64,000 nucleotides of DNA from Acidobacteriota bacterium (GCA_963666215.2 CAXWPL010000001.1:576001-640000), one strand, 5' to 3'. Shown: positions 29,756 to 42,877, numbered from the stretch's first letter. Notes: generated from the letters alone by a model not told the origin. Numbers and translations are program-made.

Positions 29756-31078
29756 GTGCGCAAGATTCCTTCGTTGGCCATCGCCGCTCTTCTTCTCACC
29801 GCACTTCCGGCAGCGCCGATGCCCACCGCAGCAGCAGCGGCGCCGCCTCCGACGGCGGCCGATGACGGCAACTGGCCGCAGTGGCGTGGGCCCCACCTCA
29901 ATGGCACCAGTGGGGAAACGGGCCTCCCCGTCGAATGGGACACAGCAACGAACATCAGCTGGACGATCCCACTCCCGGCTTGGAGCGGCTCCACGCCCAT
30001 CATCTGGGGCGAGACGATCTTTCTGAACGGCTCCGACGAAGCGGGCAGCGACAAGATCCATCTGTGGGCCCTCGATCGCAACGGCGGCTCGGTTCTGTGG
30101 AAGCGGCAGCTGTCGGATGGCGACCAGAAGATGCGCAAGCAGAACATGTCGTCGCCGTCGCCGGTCACCGATGGTGAGCACGTCTGGGTGATGACCGGTA
30201 CCGGCCACCTGCGAGCGTTCGACTTCGAGGGCAACGAGGTGTGGGCCCGCAACATCCAGACCGACTACGGCTCGTTCGGACTCAATTGGGGCTACGCCTC
30301 CTCGCCACTCCTGCACGAAGACTCTCTCTACGTGCCGGTGCTGCACGGCATGAAGACCGACGATCCTTCGTATCTACTGCGCATCAACAAGGCTACGGGC
30401 GAGACGATGTGGCGCGTCGAGCGCCCCACCAACGCGATCCGCGAATCACCCGACGCCTACATCACGCCGGCGCTGCTGCAGCACAACGGCGAAACCGAAA
30501 TCGTGCTCACCGGCGGAGATGTGGTCACCGGTCACGACTCGACCACCGGCGTGGAGCTCTGGCGCGCCGACGGGCTCAACCCGCAGAACAGCGCCTCATA
30601 CCGGATCGTCGCCTCGCCCACCGTGTTCGACGGCATCATCTACGCGCCCACGCGAGTGCGGCCGCTGCTGGCGCTCAGCGCCGGGGGCCGCGGCGACATC
30701 ACCGAGTCGCACAAGCTGTGGTCGTTCAACTACGGCCCCGACGTGCCCACGCCCGTAACCGACGGCAAGTACTTCTACAGCGTCGGAGACAGCGGGATCA
30801 TGTTCTGCCTCGACGCCAAGACGGGCGAGACCATCTATGGACCCCAGCGTCTACCCTCGGCCACGTACAGCAGCTCCCCTGTGCTCGCGGACGGCAAGAT
30901 TTACATCACCAACGAGGAAGGGCTCACGTCGGTCGTCAAGGCCGGGCCGGAGTTCGAAATCCTGGCGCGGAACGACCTGGGCGACTACACACTGAGCTCG
31001 CCGGCGATCTCACAGGGGCAGATCTTCATCCGCACTGCCAGTGGCCTGTACGCAATCGGCGAGCGCCGCGCGAACTGA
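29756..31078 (+). CDS. PQQ-like (BamB-type) beta-propeller protein
   Basis: Signal peptide, NWPQWRGP, SPVTDG, YASSP, SSSPVLADGKIY, SPAISQGQIFIRT. Confidence 0.88.
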   Translation: MRKIPSLAIAALLLTALPAAPMPTAAAAAPPPTAADDGNWPQWRGPHLNGTSGETGLPVEWDTATNISWTIPLPAWSGSTPIIWGETIFLNGSDEAGSDKIHLWALDRNGGSVLWKRQLSDGDQKMRKQNMSSPSPVTDGEHVWVMTGTGHLRAFDFEGNEVWARNIQTDYGSFGLNWGYASSPLLHEDSLYVPVLHGMKTDDPSYLLRINKATGETMWRVERPTNAIRESPDAYITPALLQHNGETEIVLTGGDVVTGHDSTTGVELWRADGLNPQNSASYRIVASPTVFDGIIYAPTRVRPLLALSAGGRGDITESHKLWSFNYGPDVPTPVTDGKYFYSVGDSGIMFCLDAKTGETIYGPQRLPSATYSSSPVLADGKIYITNEEGLTSVVKAGPEFEILARNDLGDYTLSSPAISQGQIFIRTASGLYAIGERRAN

Positions 31079-31216
31079 CGGGCACTGGTTGATGGCGCGG
31101 GGGAGCGGGGCGAGGGGCATCGTAGCGGCTCTCGCGGATCGGCGGATCGGTCGTCGCCAGCTCTTTAGCGATCGCCCACGCTAGTTCCTGGAAACCGCGA
31201 CCAAGCTACAAGCTTC

Positions 31217-31266
31217 AGTCGGCCTAGATGCCCCCCCGGCTCGCCTGCGCGCGTCTGAAACGCCCC
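31217..31266. repeat. Dispersed intergenic repeat, copy 1
   Basis: 43 of 50 nt identical to 42878-42925. Confidence 0.7.
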
Positions 31267-31293
31267 CCAACGCCGAACCGGGAGCCCGGGGCT

Positions 31294-34200
31294 CTAGCGT
31301 TCTGCGCTTGTGCCTCGAACGCGATCGCGGACTTCGGCTTCTGTGCGCACGCTGAAGAAGCGGTAGTTGTCGTAGATCTGCTCGGTGCGGAAAACGGTGT
31401 ACTCGCGAGTCTCTCGTTCGTCGCCGTCGCCGCGCACCGAGTAGAACGTCCGTTCGGTCTCTACGCGACTCGGAAAACGCAACCCGTTGCGCTCGACTCC
31501 GAGCTCGGTGAACGTGGTGGTGAACTCGAAGTACTCGCGGCCGCCGTCGCCGGCTCGCGCCGCCGAAAGACGCTGGAGCTCGCGGAACTCGGGCAACAGG
31601 TATGCCTCCACCTGGAGGATGGCGCTGCTCTCGGCGTCGACCCAGGCGGTTCCGATCCACCCCAACTCGTCGCTGGTCCGCGGAGCGAACCCAACGGCCA
31701 GAGCGCGGCGCCCGGCAATCTCGTCACGCCGCAACACCTGATATCGATAGCTCTCGTGCGACTCGGGCGAAAAGATGAATGCCCAGGAATAGGCGCGGCT
31801 GAGAAAGCCATCGAGGTTGAAGTCGGCGAGGATCTGCTCCGGTGGGCGATCGTCTTCGTCGCTTCCGCGCTTGCGGCGGAAGTCGACAAACCTGGCATCG
31901 GCGAGAGTTTCCGGCAGCTCCTCGAGGCCTTCGAACGCCGCTTGCGCCTCAGAGGTCGCCGCGTCACGGCTAGCGTCGAAGCCGTAGATGTACTCGAACC
32001 GGTGCTCGTAGGTGGCCAGTCCGGCGGATGCCAGGAAACGGTGTCGCCAGGCGGGCGACAGGTCGGTGCCCGTCTCCGGACGCCTATTGAGCTTGTGCTG
32101 CACGATGGTCTCGTCGGCCACGAAGCTCAGCGCCTCGTCGCGGTAGAGCTCGGCGAGGCGCCCCAGGCGCTCGAGCAGGCCTGGGAGTAACGCGTCGAGC
32201 TCCGCCGGGTCGTCAACATCACCTCCCGACTTTGCAGCGCCGCCGGGCGCTTCGGCCGCCGCAATGCCGAGCTCTCCACCCGATCGCGGTGCCACGGTGA
32301 GCGGAAGCTCGAATCGTCGGTACTGGTTGGCGGGGGGGTCGGTGAGAGTCGCCCGAAGGATGTACTCGCCGGCCGGCAGCTGCGGAACACTCAGGGCGCC
32401 GAAGTGGTGGCCCGATCCTTCGACCCTTTGCAGCTGCTGCGGCGCAAGCTGCGCCATCGGAGCAGGCTCGCCGAGCCGATGCACCTGCCCCAACAGCACC
32501 GGCGCGCTGCCACCACCAACCTCCACGTAGGCTGCCAACGCCGCGCCGGAGGGGACGGTAGCGACCGCAAGCGGCCCGCGACGAGAGCTCCCGCCGGCCG
32601 CCGAGGGCGGCGCCATGGCTATGGGCACGAGATCACTCGCTTCCCAGCCACCCTCGTCAGGAGCGCTGGCGTGGAGCTGCAGGCGCGCGCCGAGCAGACG
32701 TCCGCTGACGATCTCCTCTACGGCCACCCGTAGCTCGTAGTCGCCGCGCTCGAGCTTGAGCTCGTGCACGTAGTCGATGCCACCGTCGATCGAATCTGTG
32801 GCGCTGCCGCCACGCGAGCGGATCTCGAGTCGCTCTTCGTGTTGAACAACGGCGTTCTCGTCGAGCGCCAAGAGGTGAAGCCTGAGTGCCGGGACAGGCT
32901 CGCCATCCGAGAACGGCTCCGGCACGAAGGCGGGAACGTGCAGCGCCAACCAGGCAGAAACCTCATCGGCGCTGCCAACCCGGCGGTAGACCGCGCTGTC
33001 GAGTCCCTGTGAGAACAGCAGACCCGGAAGGGCAAGCGCTGCCGCAACGCGTTCGGCGCGCGCTTCTTCGGGTGTCGTCTCGAGGTAGCCTGGCCGTGCC
33101 CGCACATCGGCATCCGGGAACGCCACTTCCACGTCGATCTCGTGATAGGTGCCCGGAGCCCGCGTCGTTGACGGCACGTAGTAGAGCAGGTAGTAGGCAC
33201 TCGTGTCGGTCGCGAGCTCGTCGAGCGCGGTGTCGAGCTCCGACCAGCCAATGAACGAGCGGCCGCCGGTTTCGCGCGCGGCTTCGGTAAGCACGCCGCG
33301 CGTGGAGTCGATGGCCCCCTGCACGGTCGGACTCGACATGACATCCGAAACCTGGACGTTGCGTGCCGCCGCGGTGGCAGTTCGCCGGTAGCGGTGCTTC
33401 GGCGTCGGATCTACAGCGTAGATGGCCACGTTCGATGCGTTGGCAGTGGCGTACAGCGCTTCTTGGAGATCGCGAGATCGCGCGTGCGGCATCATGTGGT
33501 CGTTGAAAGTCAGCTCCGGTGTCGGGGTGGCACCCCGGTTTTGACCGCCGGGTAGCCCGTTCACGACTTGGCCCGTGCCGAGCGTCTGGGCAACGATGGC
33601 GCTGAATGCGCCGCCCTCGCTGGTTTGCAGGCCGGCACTCACCCAAACCAGCGCCTTGCGACCCTCGCGTGCCGACAGCGCCCTGACGAACTGCGACAGC
33701 TGCTCGAGGTGGCGCTCGCCACGGTTGCGCTCGTCGGTCGCGTCGATCAGCGCGCGAAAGCGTAAACGCGCGGGTGCGCCCGGCTGACCATCGAAGACCT
33801 CGTGCAGCATGAGCGCGTAGTCGGTGTTGAGGCGATCATAAATCGAACGAGCGGTCACGGGCTCGGCCACCAGCTGTGCGGCGGCCTCTCGCAGCACGGC
33901 GTTGTCCATTGTGAGCGGTGCGAGCTCGCGAATACGGCCGAGATGATCGACGATCCAGATGCCACGAGGCGCGTTGAGCTCCGTGCGCTCGATGAAGCTC
34001 TCGAGCTCGTGCGCGAACTCGAGCTTCGACTCGGCGTCGAGCCCGAGGATATCAACGAGGAACACAATCGCGCCGAGCTCGGCCGTCTCGGGTGTGGAAT
34101 CGGCGAAGTCAGCGAGCTCTGCGGCCGCCATCAGCGGCTCTGGAGCCGGGTTCGCTGCGGCCTCGCCTCGCCGCACCTGGCCGCTGCGCAGGTCGACCAG

Positions 34201-34428
34201 CTGGAAGTCGACGATCTCCTGCCGCTCACCGTCTTCCATGACGGTGAAATCGGAGGGGCCCAGCGAGCGCAAAAAACGGCCTTCCCGGCCGGTCACGATA
34301 ACGTCCACGCGGACGCGCTCCACGCTCGAAGTGAACGTGGGTCGCTGCTGCCCAGAACTCGGCCGGCTACTGCTCAGCACCAGGGTGACGAGCACCATGC
34401 CGGCCACAACCAGACGCGCTGGCTTCAT
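31294..34428 (-). CDS. Large VWA-domain (acidobacterial VWFA-related) protein with additional C-terminal domain
   Basis: TFTSSVERVRVDVIVT, GRKALVWVS, ARETGG, YYLLYY.P, VRARPGY; extra ~300-aa beta-rich C-terminal domain. Confidence 0.82.
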   Translation of the reverse strand: MKPARLVVAGMVLVTLVLSSSRPSSGQQRPTFTSSVERVRVDVIVTGREGRFLRSLGPSDFTVMEDGERQEIVDFQLVDLRSGQVRRGEAAANPAPEPLMAAAELADFADSTPETAELGAIVFLVDILGLDAESKLEFAHELESFIERTELNAPRGIWIVDHLGRIRELAPLTMDNAVLREAAAQLVAEPVTARSIYDRLNTDYALMLHEVFDGQPGAPARLRFRALIDATDERNRGERHLEQLSQFVRALSAREGRKALVWVSAGLQTSEGGAFSAIVAQTLGTGQVVNGLPGGQNRGATPTPELTFNDHMMPHARSRDLQEALYATANASNVAIYAVDPTPKHRYRRTATAAARNVQVSDVMSSPTVQGAIDSTRGVLTEAARETGGRSFIGWSELDTALDELATDTSAYYLLYYVPSTTRAPGTYHEIDVEVAFPDADVRARPGYLETTPEEARAERVAAALALPGLLFSQGLDSAVYRRVGSADEVSAWLALHVPAFVPEPFSDGEPVPALRLHLLALDENAVVQHEERLEIRSRGGSATDSIDGGIDYVHELKLERGDYELRVAVEEIVSGRLLGARLQLHASAPDEGGWEASDLVPIAMAPPSAAGGSSRRGPLAVATVPSGAALAAYVEVGGGSAPVLLGQVHRLGEPAPMAQLAPQQLQRVEGSGHHFGALSVPQLPAGEYILRATLTDPPANQYRRFELPLTVAPRSGGELGIAAAEAPGGAAKSGGDVDDPAELDALLPGLLERLGRLAELYRDEALSFVADETIVQHKLNRRPETGTDLSPAWRHRFLASAGLATYEHRFEYIYGFDASRDAATSEAQAAFEGLEELPETLADARFVDFRRKRGSDEDDRPPEQILADFNLDGFLSRAYSWAFIFSPESHESYRYQVLRRDEIAGRRALAVGFAPRTSDELGWIGTAWVDAESSAILQVEAYLLPEFRELQRLSAARAGDGGREYFEFTTTFTELGVERNGLRFPSRVETERTFYSVRGDGDERETREYTVFRTEQIYDNYRFFSVRTEAEVRDRVRGTSAER

Positions 34429-34600
34429 GGCCTCTCCAAACAGGGAACAGACGGGGCAGTGTGATTCTGCACCGCAGGGGCGGCCTGTGTATATGTTGAT
34501 AGAGTGATCGGCATGACGGCGACGGCGAGCCAGCTAGGTCATACGTGGAAGCCGCTGATGGACGCTGCACTCCACGGCCGTCCAGACGTCGCCGAAGTTC

Positions 34601-35149
34601 CAGATTCAAGCGCGCGGCACGTGGGCCGGTAACATCGCCAACGCCTCGCCCGCGGCCGACGGCGTGCCCGTGCTGATGGCCTATGACGCGGTGGTTCTCC
34701 TCTCCTCCACCGAGGGCGAGCGAGAGGTCGCGCTGGCCGACTTCTATCACGGCTACAAGCAGCTCGAGGCGCGCGCCAACGAGCTCATTCGAGGGATTCG
34801 AGTTCCCCTTCGTGATTACGATTTCCAGCAGTTCATCAAGGTGGGCCCGCGCCGCGCCCAGGCAATCACCAAAGTTGGCGTAGCAATGGCGCGCTCCAGC
34901 CACGGTTGGCGTGTGGTTGCCAACAGCGTGGCGCCCACAGTCTGCCGCTGCCGCTCGGTCGAAGCGCTCATTGAATCGGGCGGCGCGATCCTCGCCCCCG
35001 ACGACGACGCCCTGGTGGCAGCTCTCGCGGCCGACGTCGCTCCAATCGACGACATCCGCTCCACCGCCGAGTACCGTCGACGGGTGCTCGCCCGCGTGAT
35101 CTACTTCGCTCTTTGCGGCGCTGGCCCCGGCTTCAGCGCGTTCCAATAG
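34601..35149 (+). pseudogene. Xanthine dehydrogenase/CoxM-like FAD-binding subunit, N-terminally truncated
   Basis: QIQARGTWAGNIANASPAADG, KVGPRRAQAI, PIDDIRSTAEYRR. The N-terminal part is replaced by an unrelated short ORF start at 34513. Confidence 0.8.
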
Positions 35150-35157
35150 CTCAGTTA

Positions 35158-35196
35158 TTCCGAACTTCTCGAGATTTTTCCGAACCTCCGTGGAAA
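35158..35196. promoter_or_regulatory. Candidate operator upstream of the DUF6986-like gene
   Basis: TTCCGAAC direct repeat (35158, 35178) and TTTCC-N10-GGAAA inverted repeat (35177-35196). Confidence 0.3.
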
Positions 35197-35251
35197 CGTC
35201 GTGCCAACCTCACATTCGGTCGCCCCGCCACAGCCAACCTCGAACGAGCCC

Positions 35252-36597
35252 ATGCAGCCTTCTCTCGATCCGACCACGCTCGGCGCCATCCTCGATCCCC
35301 TGCGCGCCACCAACAACGCCATCGCCGCTTGTTACCCCGGAGAGTCGGCAGAGCGGCAGCCCGTGCACACGGTGTACGGCGGTGCGCATCTGTTCCGAGC
35401 CAACACCGCGGCGAAACTCAGAGAGCTGGCGCTGAGATCACTCGACACCTACGCGCCTGACGCCGGTGCCTTCGCCAACGCGATCGGCCTGACTGGCGAC
35501 GAAACCGAGCAGGTACTCATCTACGAGCGTGTACGCAACAAGCTCGAACGCGAGCCCGTTGAAGACTTTCGCATCGACTTCGAAGACGGCTACGGAAACC
35601 GACCCGACGACGAGGAGGACGCCTCGGCGGTCGCCGCCGCGCAGGCGCTCGCTGAGGGGCTCGCCGCAGGCACGCTGCCTTTCTTCAGCGGCATTCGCAT
35701 CAAGCCGTTCAGCGGCGAGCTGCAGCGTCGCTCGATCCGCACGCTCGACCTGTTCGTCACCACCCTGTTCGAGACCACCGGCGGCCAGCTACCCGAGAAC
35801 TTCGTGATCACCTTCCCCAAGGTGATGGACGTGGCCCAGATCAAGGCATTCATCGAGATCCTTCGGCGGTTGGAGGCTGCCCTCGGTCTGGCGACGCCGC
35901 TGCGCGTCGAGCTGATGATCGAAACCACGCAGTCGATCCTCGATGCCAACGGTGTTTGCCCCATGTCGGCCTTCGTCGAGGCGTGCGAGGGACGCTGTCT
36001 GGCGGCGCACTTCGGCGTTTACGACTACACCGCCGGCTGCTCGATCACCGCCCAGCATCAAACGCTCGACCATCCCGCCTGCGACTTCGCCCGCCACGCG
36101 ATGCAGGTCGCGCTCGGCGGTACCGGCGTTTGGCTGTCGGACGGCGCCACAAACGTGCTGCCGGTGGCGCCCCATCGAGCCAGCGAGGGCCCGCCGCTCA
36201 CCGCGCCCCAGGAGGAAAAAACGCCCGCGTCGTGCACAACGCCTGGCGCCTTCACTTCGAGCACGTCCGTCGCTCCCTACAGCTCGGCTACTACCAGGGT
36301 TGGGACCTCAACCCGGCGCAGCTACCGACGCGCTACGCGGCAGTGTTCTCCTTCTTCCGCGAGAGCCTGGGGCAGGCCTCGGAGCGTCTCCACAACTTCA
36401 TCGCGGTCGCGGCGCAGGCAACGCTCGTTGGCGACGTCTTCGACGACGCCGCCACCGGACAGGGGCTGCTCAACTTCTTCCTGCGCGGCATGAACTGCGG
36501 CGCAATCAGCGAAGAAGAAGCGGAGTCCACCGGCCTGACGCTCGAAGAGCTGCGTGGTCGGTCGTTTGTGAAGGTCCTCGCCGGGCGGCGCGCTTGA
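35252..36597 (+). CDS. DUF6986 / HpcH-HpaI aldolase-citrate lyase-fold protein (frameshift at A-run 36216-36221)
   Basis: YPG...RQPVHTVYGGA, DFRIDFEDGYG, HFGVYDY, LSDGATN; the second frame carries GYYQGWDLNPAQLPTRY and FDDAATGQ. Confidence 0.85.
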
Positions 36598-36637
36598 TGG
36601 TCCGGGAGGCGACGCTCTCTCGGACCGTGCTGCGTGC

Positions 36638-37774
36638 GTGCCGCTCTGTCCAGGCGGTCCGGTAGGTCGCGCGACGTTGACCCACGAGCAACCGCGGCCT
36701 GGTTGGCACCGTCTGCGCCGACGCGCCGTGTTCGTCGCGTTCGTTGTCGTGGCAACCGTTGGACTCACGGAGGTCACGCTACGGGTCGTCTACCGCGAGC
36801 CCTGGTATCAGCGGCTGGTGCGCGAACAATCGGGTGGTGAGCGTTTCGGCTACAACACCAACAGCCGTGGCCTGCGCGATGTCGAGATCCCCGACAACCG
36901 CTCGCCTGAAGCGGAACCTGGCGAACCGAGTGCTTCGAGCGGGCAGCAAGAGGGTGGCAGTGTGCGCCGTGTGCTTTTTCTGGGCGATTCCTTCACCTTC
37001 GGCTCCGGCGTGAAGGACGATGCCGCCCCCTTCCCGCGCGGCGTCGAGCGTAAGCTCAACAATGTGGGCCCCGACGACGGACGGCGACTGCGCCCGCCGG
37101 GTGTGGCGCGCATCGAGGTGCTCAACGGTGGCATCCCGGGAAGCTACCCGGCCCATTGGCTCGAGCTGCTGACCGAGATCGTCGATGTTTACCGGCCGCA
37201 CGCCATCGTCGCCGTGTTCTTCCTCCGCGACGGTACGCGGATGTCGGCCATCAATCACTTCTTCGGCCCCATCCGCGACGAGATCGTGCTGCGCAACGCC
37301 AACTCGTTGCTCTATCGCAGCTCCTACATCGTGCGTGTGCTGCGTGACCGACGCGATCGTCAGCTGGTGGGCGAGAGCTACACACGGGCCCTGCATCGCG
37401 GCTACTTCGGAAACGACACCCAAACCGCGCACTGGACTCGCACACAGAACGATCTGGAGCAGATCTTCAGCGTGGCCAAAGAGCGCTCGATCCCGCTCGG
37501 TCTCGTGGCGTTCCCCGTGCTCGCTCAGCTTGCGGAGGAGTCGTATCCGTTCGAGCGCATCGGTGACCGGGTGCTGCGCTTCGGCCGCAGCCACCGCGTG
37601 CCGACGTACAACCTGCTCGACGACTTCCGTGGCCATGACGGCCCCGAGCTGTGGGTTTCGGCGCTCGACCAGCACCCCAACGCCGATGCCCACGCCATCG
37701 CCGCCGAGGGGTTGGCCCTCTTCACCGCCGGGCTCGTCTGGCGGGCGGAGGGCCTGGAGCTGCCGCGCCGCTAG
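36638..37774 (+). CDS. SGNH/GDSL hydrolase family membrane-anchored protein
   Basis: N-terminal TM, NSRGLRD, FLGDSFTFG, NGGIPG, DQHPN. Confidence 0.85.
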   Translation: MPLCPGGPVGRATLTHEQPRPGWHRLRRRAVFVAFVVVATVGLTEVTLRVVYREPWYQRLVREQSGGERFGYNTNSRGLRDVEIPDNRSPEAEPGEPSASSGQQEGGSVRRVLFLGDSFTFGSGVKDDAAPFPRGVERKLNNVGPDDGRRLRPPGVARIEVLNGGIPGSYPAHWLELLTEIVDVYRPHAIVAVFFLRDGTRMSAINHFFGPIRDEIVLRNANSLLYRSSYIVRVLRDRRDRQLVGESYTRALHRGYFGNDTQTAHWTRTQNDLEQIFSVAKERSIPLGLVAFPVLAQLAEESYPFERIGDRVLRFGRSHRVPTYNLLDDFRGHDGPELWVSALDQHPNADAHAIAAEGLALFTAGLVWRAEGLELPRR

Positions 37775-37797
37775 AGGACTTGCGGCCGGCACACTAG

Positions 37798-37860
37798 GTC
37801 TTCATGCCGGCGCTGCGTGCCACCCGCGTCGACCCGATGGAGGCGCTGCGCTCGGAGTAG
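37798..37860 (+). pseudogene. Last 20 codons of a lost ADOP/MacB-type permease gene
   Basis: VFMPALRATRVDPMEALRSE* matches the C-termini of the two ADOP genes in this window (PARRATRIDPIVALRND, PARRGTRVDPVASMRSGL). Confidence 0.75.
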
Positions 37861-37898
37861 GCAACCGCCAGGCTCGCCACGCATCCGCCGCCGCCAGG

Positions 37899-38249
37899 CT
37901 AGCTGCCGCGGTAGGTCGAGTAGCCGTGGGGGCTCAGCAGTAGCGGCACGTGATAGTGCTCGGCGGCCTCGCCGATCTCGAAGACAATTTCAACGCGCGG
38001 GTAGAACGTGTTGGCACCGAGTGCCGCGAAGTACGCCCCGGTGTCGAACGTCAACCTGTAGGTGCCCGGCTGCAACTCGTCATCGGTCAGATCGGTGGCG
38101 CGGCCGTCGTCGTTGGTAAAGCTCTCGCCGATAGGCTGCCAGCCGCTCGCGGCTTCGGCGTCGGGGCTGGCGCGATCGAGCCGAATGGCGATGCCGACGG
38201 CCGGACGGCCCAATGACGTGTCGAGTACGTGCGAGGTGATCGTGCTCAT
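37899..38249 (-). CDS. uraH: 5-hydroxyisourate hydrolase
   Basis: ITSHVLD..GRPA and HYHVPLLLSP.GYSTYRGS. Confidence 0.97.
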   Translation of the reverse strand: MSTITSHVLDTSLGRPAVGIAIRLDRASPDAEAASGWQPIGESFTNDDGRATDLTDDELQPGTYRLTFDTGAYFAALGANTFYPRVEIVFEIGEAAEHYHVPLLLSPHGYSTYRGS

Positions 38250-38856
38250 TCAGCGATCTCCGTGATGGCGGCAGCGCACTGCTCCGCGAGAAGCTTGCCG
38301 AGGCGAAGCTGGGTGATCTGCCGCTGCTGTTCAGCGGCAATCGTCAACTCGACTTCGGGTGTGTTGTTCATGCGTCTCGTCAGCGCCGTGAGCATCTCCT
38401 CGGCGCTCTTGCCGGTTGCGCAGATCAAGAAAACGTAGCCGGAGCGGTCGTAGTAGACATCGTTGGCCTGCGCCAGGCGTCGTGCCACGTCATCTGGGGC
38501 GTGATCCATTCCAGCCTGCTCGCGGCTCGCCCACGCCCTCATGTCGGGACCAGCTTCGCCGCCGACCTTGCCGCCGATACGCGGATGATGCACGAAGGCC
38601 TCGAGCCAGTCTGCCGACTCGAGGCTCGCCCATACTTCGTCGGCGATTTGTCGCAGCGAAGCCTCGTCGCTGAAGGGGTGCCGCGAGGACACTTGGCGAA
38701 CCCACTGGCTCGAGCCGCAGCAACGCAGCAGCGCCGCGCCGAGAGCGCCCTCGTCGAGATGGTTGAGCCGGGCGACGGCCGGCCCGCTCGCTCCTGAGCC
38801 AGACGGACAACCTGCCGGCTCGGCCGCACCGGGCATAGGCACCTGATTCGTCTTCA

Positions 38857-38857
<1 letters not shown>
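38246..38857 (-). CDS. uraD: OHCU decarboxylase
   Basis: CCGS..W, EAF.HHPRIG, SREQAG, FLICATGKS, EQQRQIT.LRL. Confidence 0.93.
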
Positions 38858-41282
<2,425 letters not shown>

Positions 41283-41426
41283 CGGTGCCACTCGGGCTCA
41301 TCAGGGTAGATCGACGTTTGATAGCGTATGATCTTCGCGGTGGCTCGGCGACAGGAGTCGGGCCACGTGCTTCTTCTATGTGGCCGCATGCAGCACGCTC
41401 GAGCGGCCAGCAACACCGAGGCTTTC

Positions 41427-41708
41427 GTGCGGATCTACGTAGGAAACATGTCGTACCAGACGACGCCGGAGGGTTTGCGCTCGGCGTTCGAGGCACACGG
41501 CGCGGTCGACGAGGCTACGCTAGTCACCGATCGCGAAACCGGTCGCCCGCGCGGCTTCGGCTTCGTGTCGATGCCCAACGACGACGAGGGCCGCAAGGCG
41601 ATCGAGGCGATCGACCAGACGGACCTCGACGGTCGCACTCTCAAGGTGAACGAGGCACGCCCCCGCGAAAGCCATGGTGGTGGCGGCGGCGGCGGCTGGC
41701 GGCGGTAA
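41427..41708 (+). CDS. RRM (RNP-1) RNA-binding protein
   Basis: IYVGNM, RGFGFV, LKVNEARPR, Gly-rich tail. Confidence 0.95.
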   Translation: MRIYVGNMSYQTTPEGLRSAFEAHGAVDEATLVTDRETGRPRGFGFVSMPNDDEGRKAIEAIDQTDLDGRTLKVNEARPRESHGGGGGGGWRR

Positions 41709-41848
41709 AACCGCCTCCCCTCTACCTCTCCTTAGCGGTCCGCGATCCGGCAAGTCGGAAGCGAGACGCGCCACGACTGCTCGTTCGCGCCGTCCCTTGG
41801 AAACGCGCCCCCTTCGGGCCCATACCGCACGACCGTCGAGCCGGCACC

Positions 41849-42830
41849 GTGAAAAGGCGAGATCTTGCCCTCAACCTGGCCGTAGTCTCCGCCAGTCTGC
41901 TCTTCATCGGCGCGATTGCGGAAGTCGGGATTCGAACCGCCTTCACCGGCAACCTCAACCCCTTCGAGCCTGACCCGCAGATCTCCTACCGGCTCAAGTC
42001 GGATTTCAACGGGCTCTACCCGCGTTCTCGGGTGCGCACCAACTCACACGGCCATCGCGTGCCCATCGATTCGGGCCCCGACAGTTCCGCGCGCTGGTTG
42101 TTCATCGGCGACTCCGTGACCTTCGGATTCGGACGGTTAGCCGAAGAGAGCTTCCCCTATGTATTTGGCAAGCTTTTTGCGGACGACCCCCTTTGGTGCC
42201 GTCAACGCTGGTGTGCCGGGCTACAACCTGCAACAGGCGCTCGGCTTACTGCGTGAGGCGCTCGCTCGGCGTGTTCCAGAGCGCATCATCTACGGGCTGA
42301 CGCTCAACGACGTCACCGGCGCTAGCCACATGGTGGAGTACCAGGCCATCGATCCACAGGACCGTCGCTCCCGAGAGGGCGGCCTCCTCGGCCGCTCCAT
42401 GCTCGTGGGTTTCGTGCAACGACGCTGGAGCCGACTGACGGCGCCGATCGACCCCCTCGACGCTCAACCGGCCGGTGGTGCGGCGGCTCTATCGAACCTG
42501 GAGGTCGAGCTGCAAGCCGAACGGGTGGAAGCGTTCGATCAGCAATGGGCCAGCCTCGATGCGATCGGTGCGTCTACCGGTATCCCGGTCGACGTGATTG
42601 TGATGCCGGTCGCCGCTCAACTCGAGCCGGACGACTCGCGAGCTCTGCAACGCTTCATGGCGACACGCTGCGAACAGGCGCGCCACCTCAGTTGTATCGA
42701 CGCACTGCCGCGATTTCTCAAAAACGCCGGGACGCAGCTCTTCAATCGCGGCAGCAGCCACCACTTGACGCCATACGGGCACCGCGTGGTAGCCGAACTG
42801 CTGATCGATTCGATCCGCGACGAGCCCTAG
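41849..42830 (+). CDS. SGNH/GDSL hydrolase family protein (frameshift at C-run 42187-42191)
   Basis: TM anchor, TNSHGHR, FIGDSVTFG; then NAGVPGY, LND, HLTPYGH in the next frame. Confidence 0.8.
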
Positions 42831-42877
42831 TGGTGAGGCCCAAGGAGGTTGTACACGAGGCCTACGCGAGGGACCTG

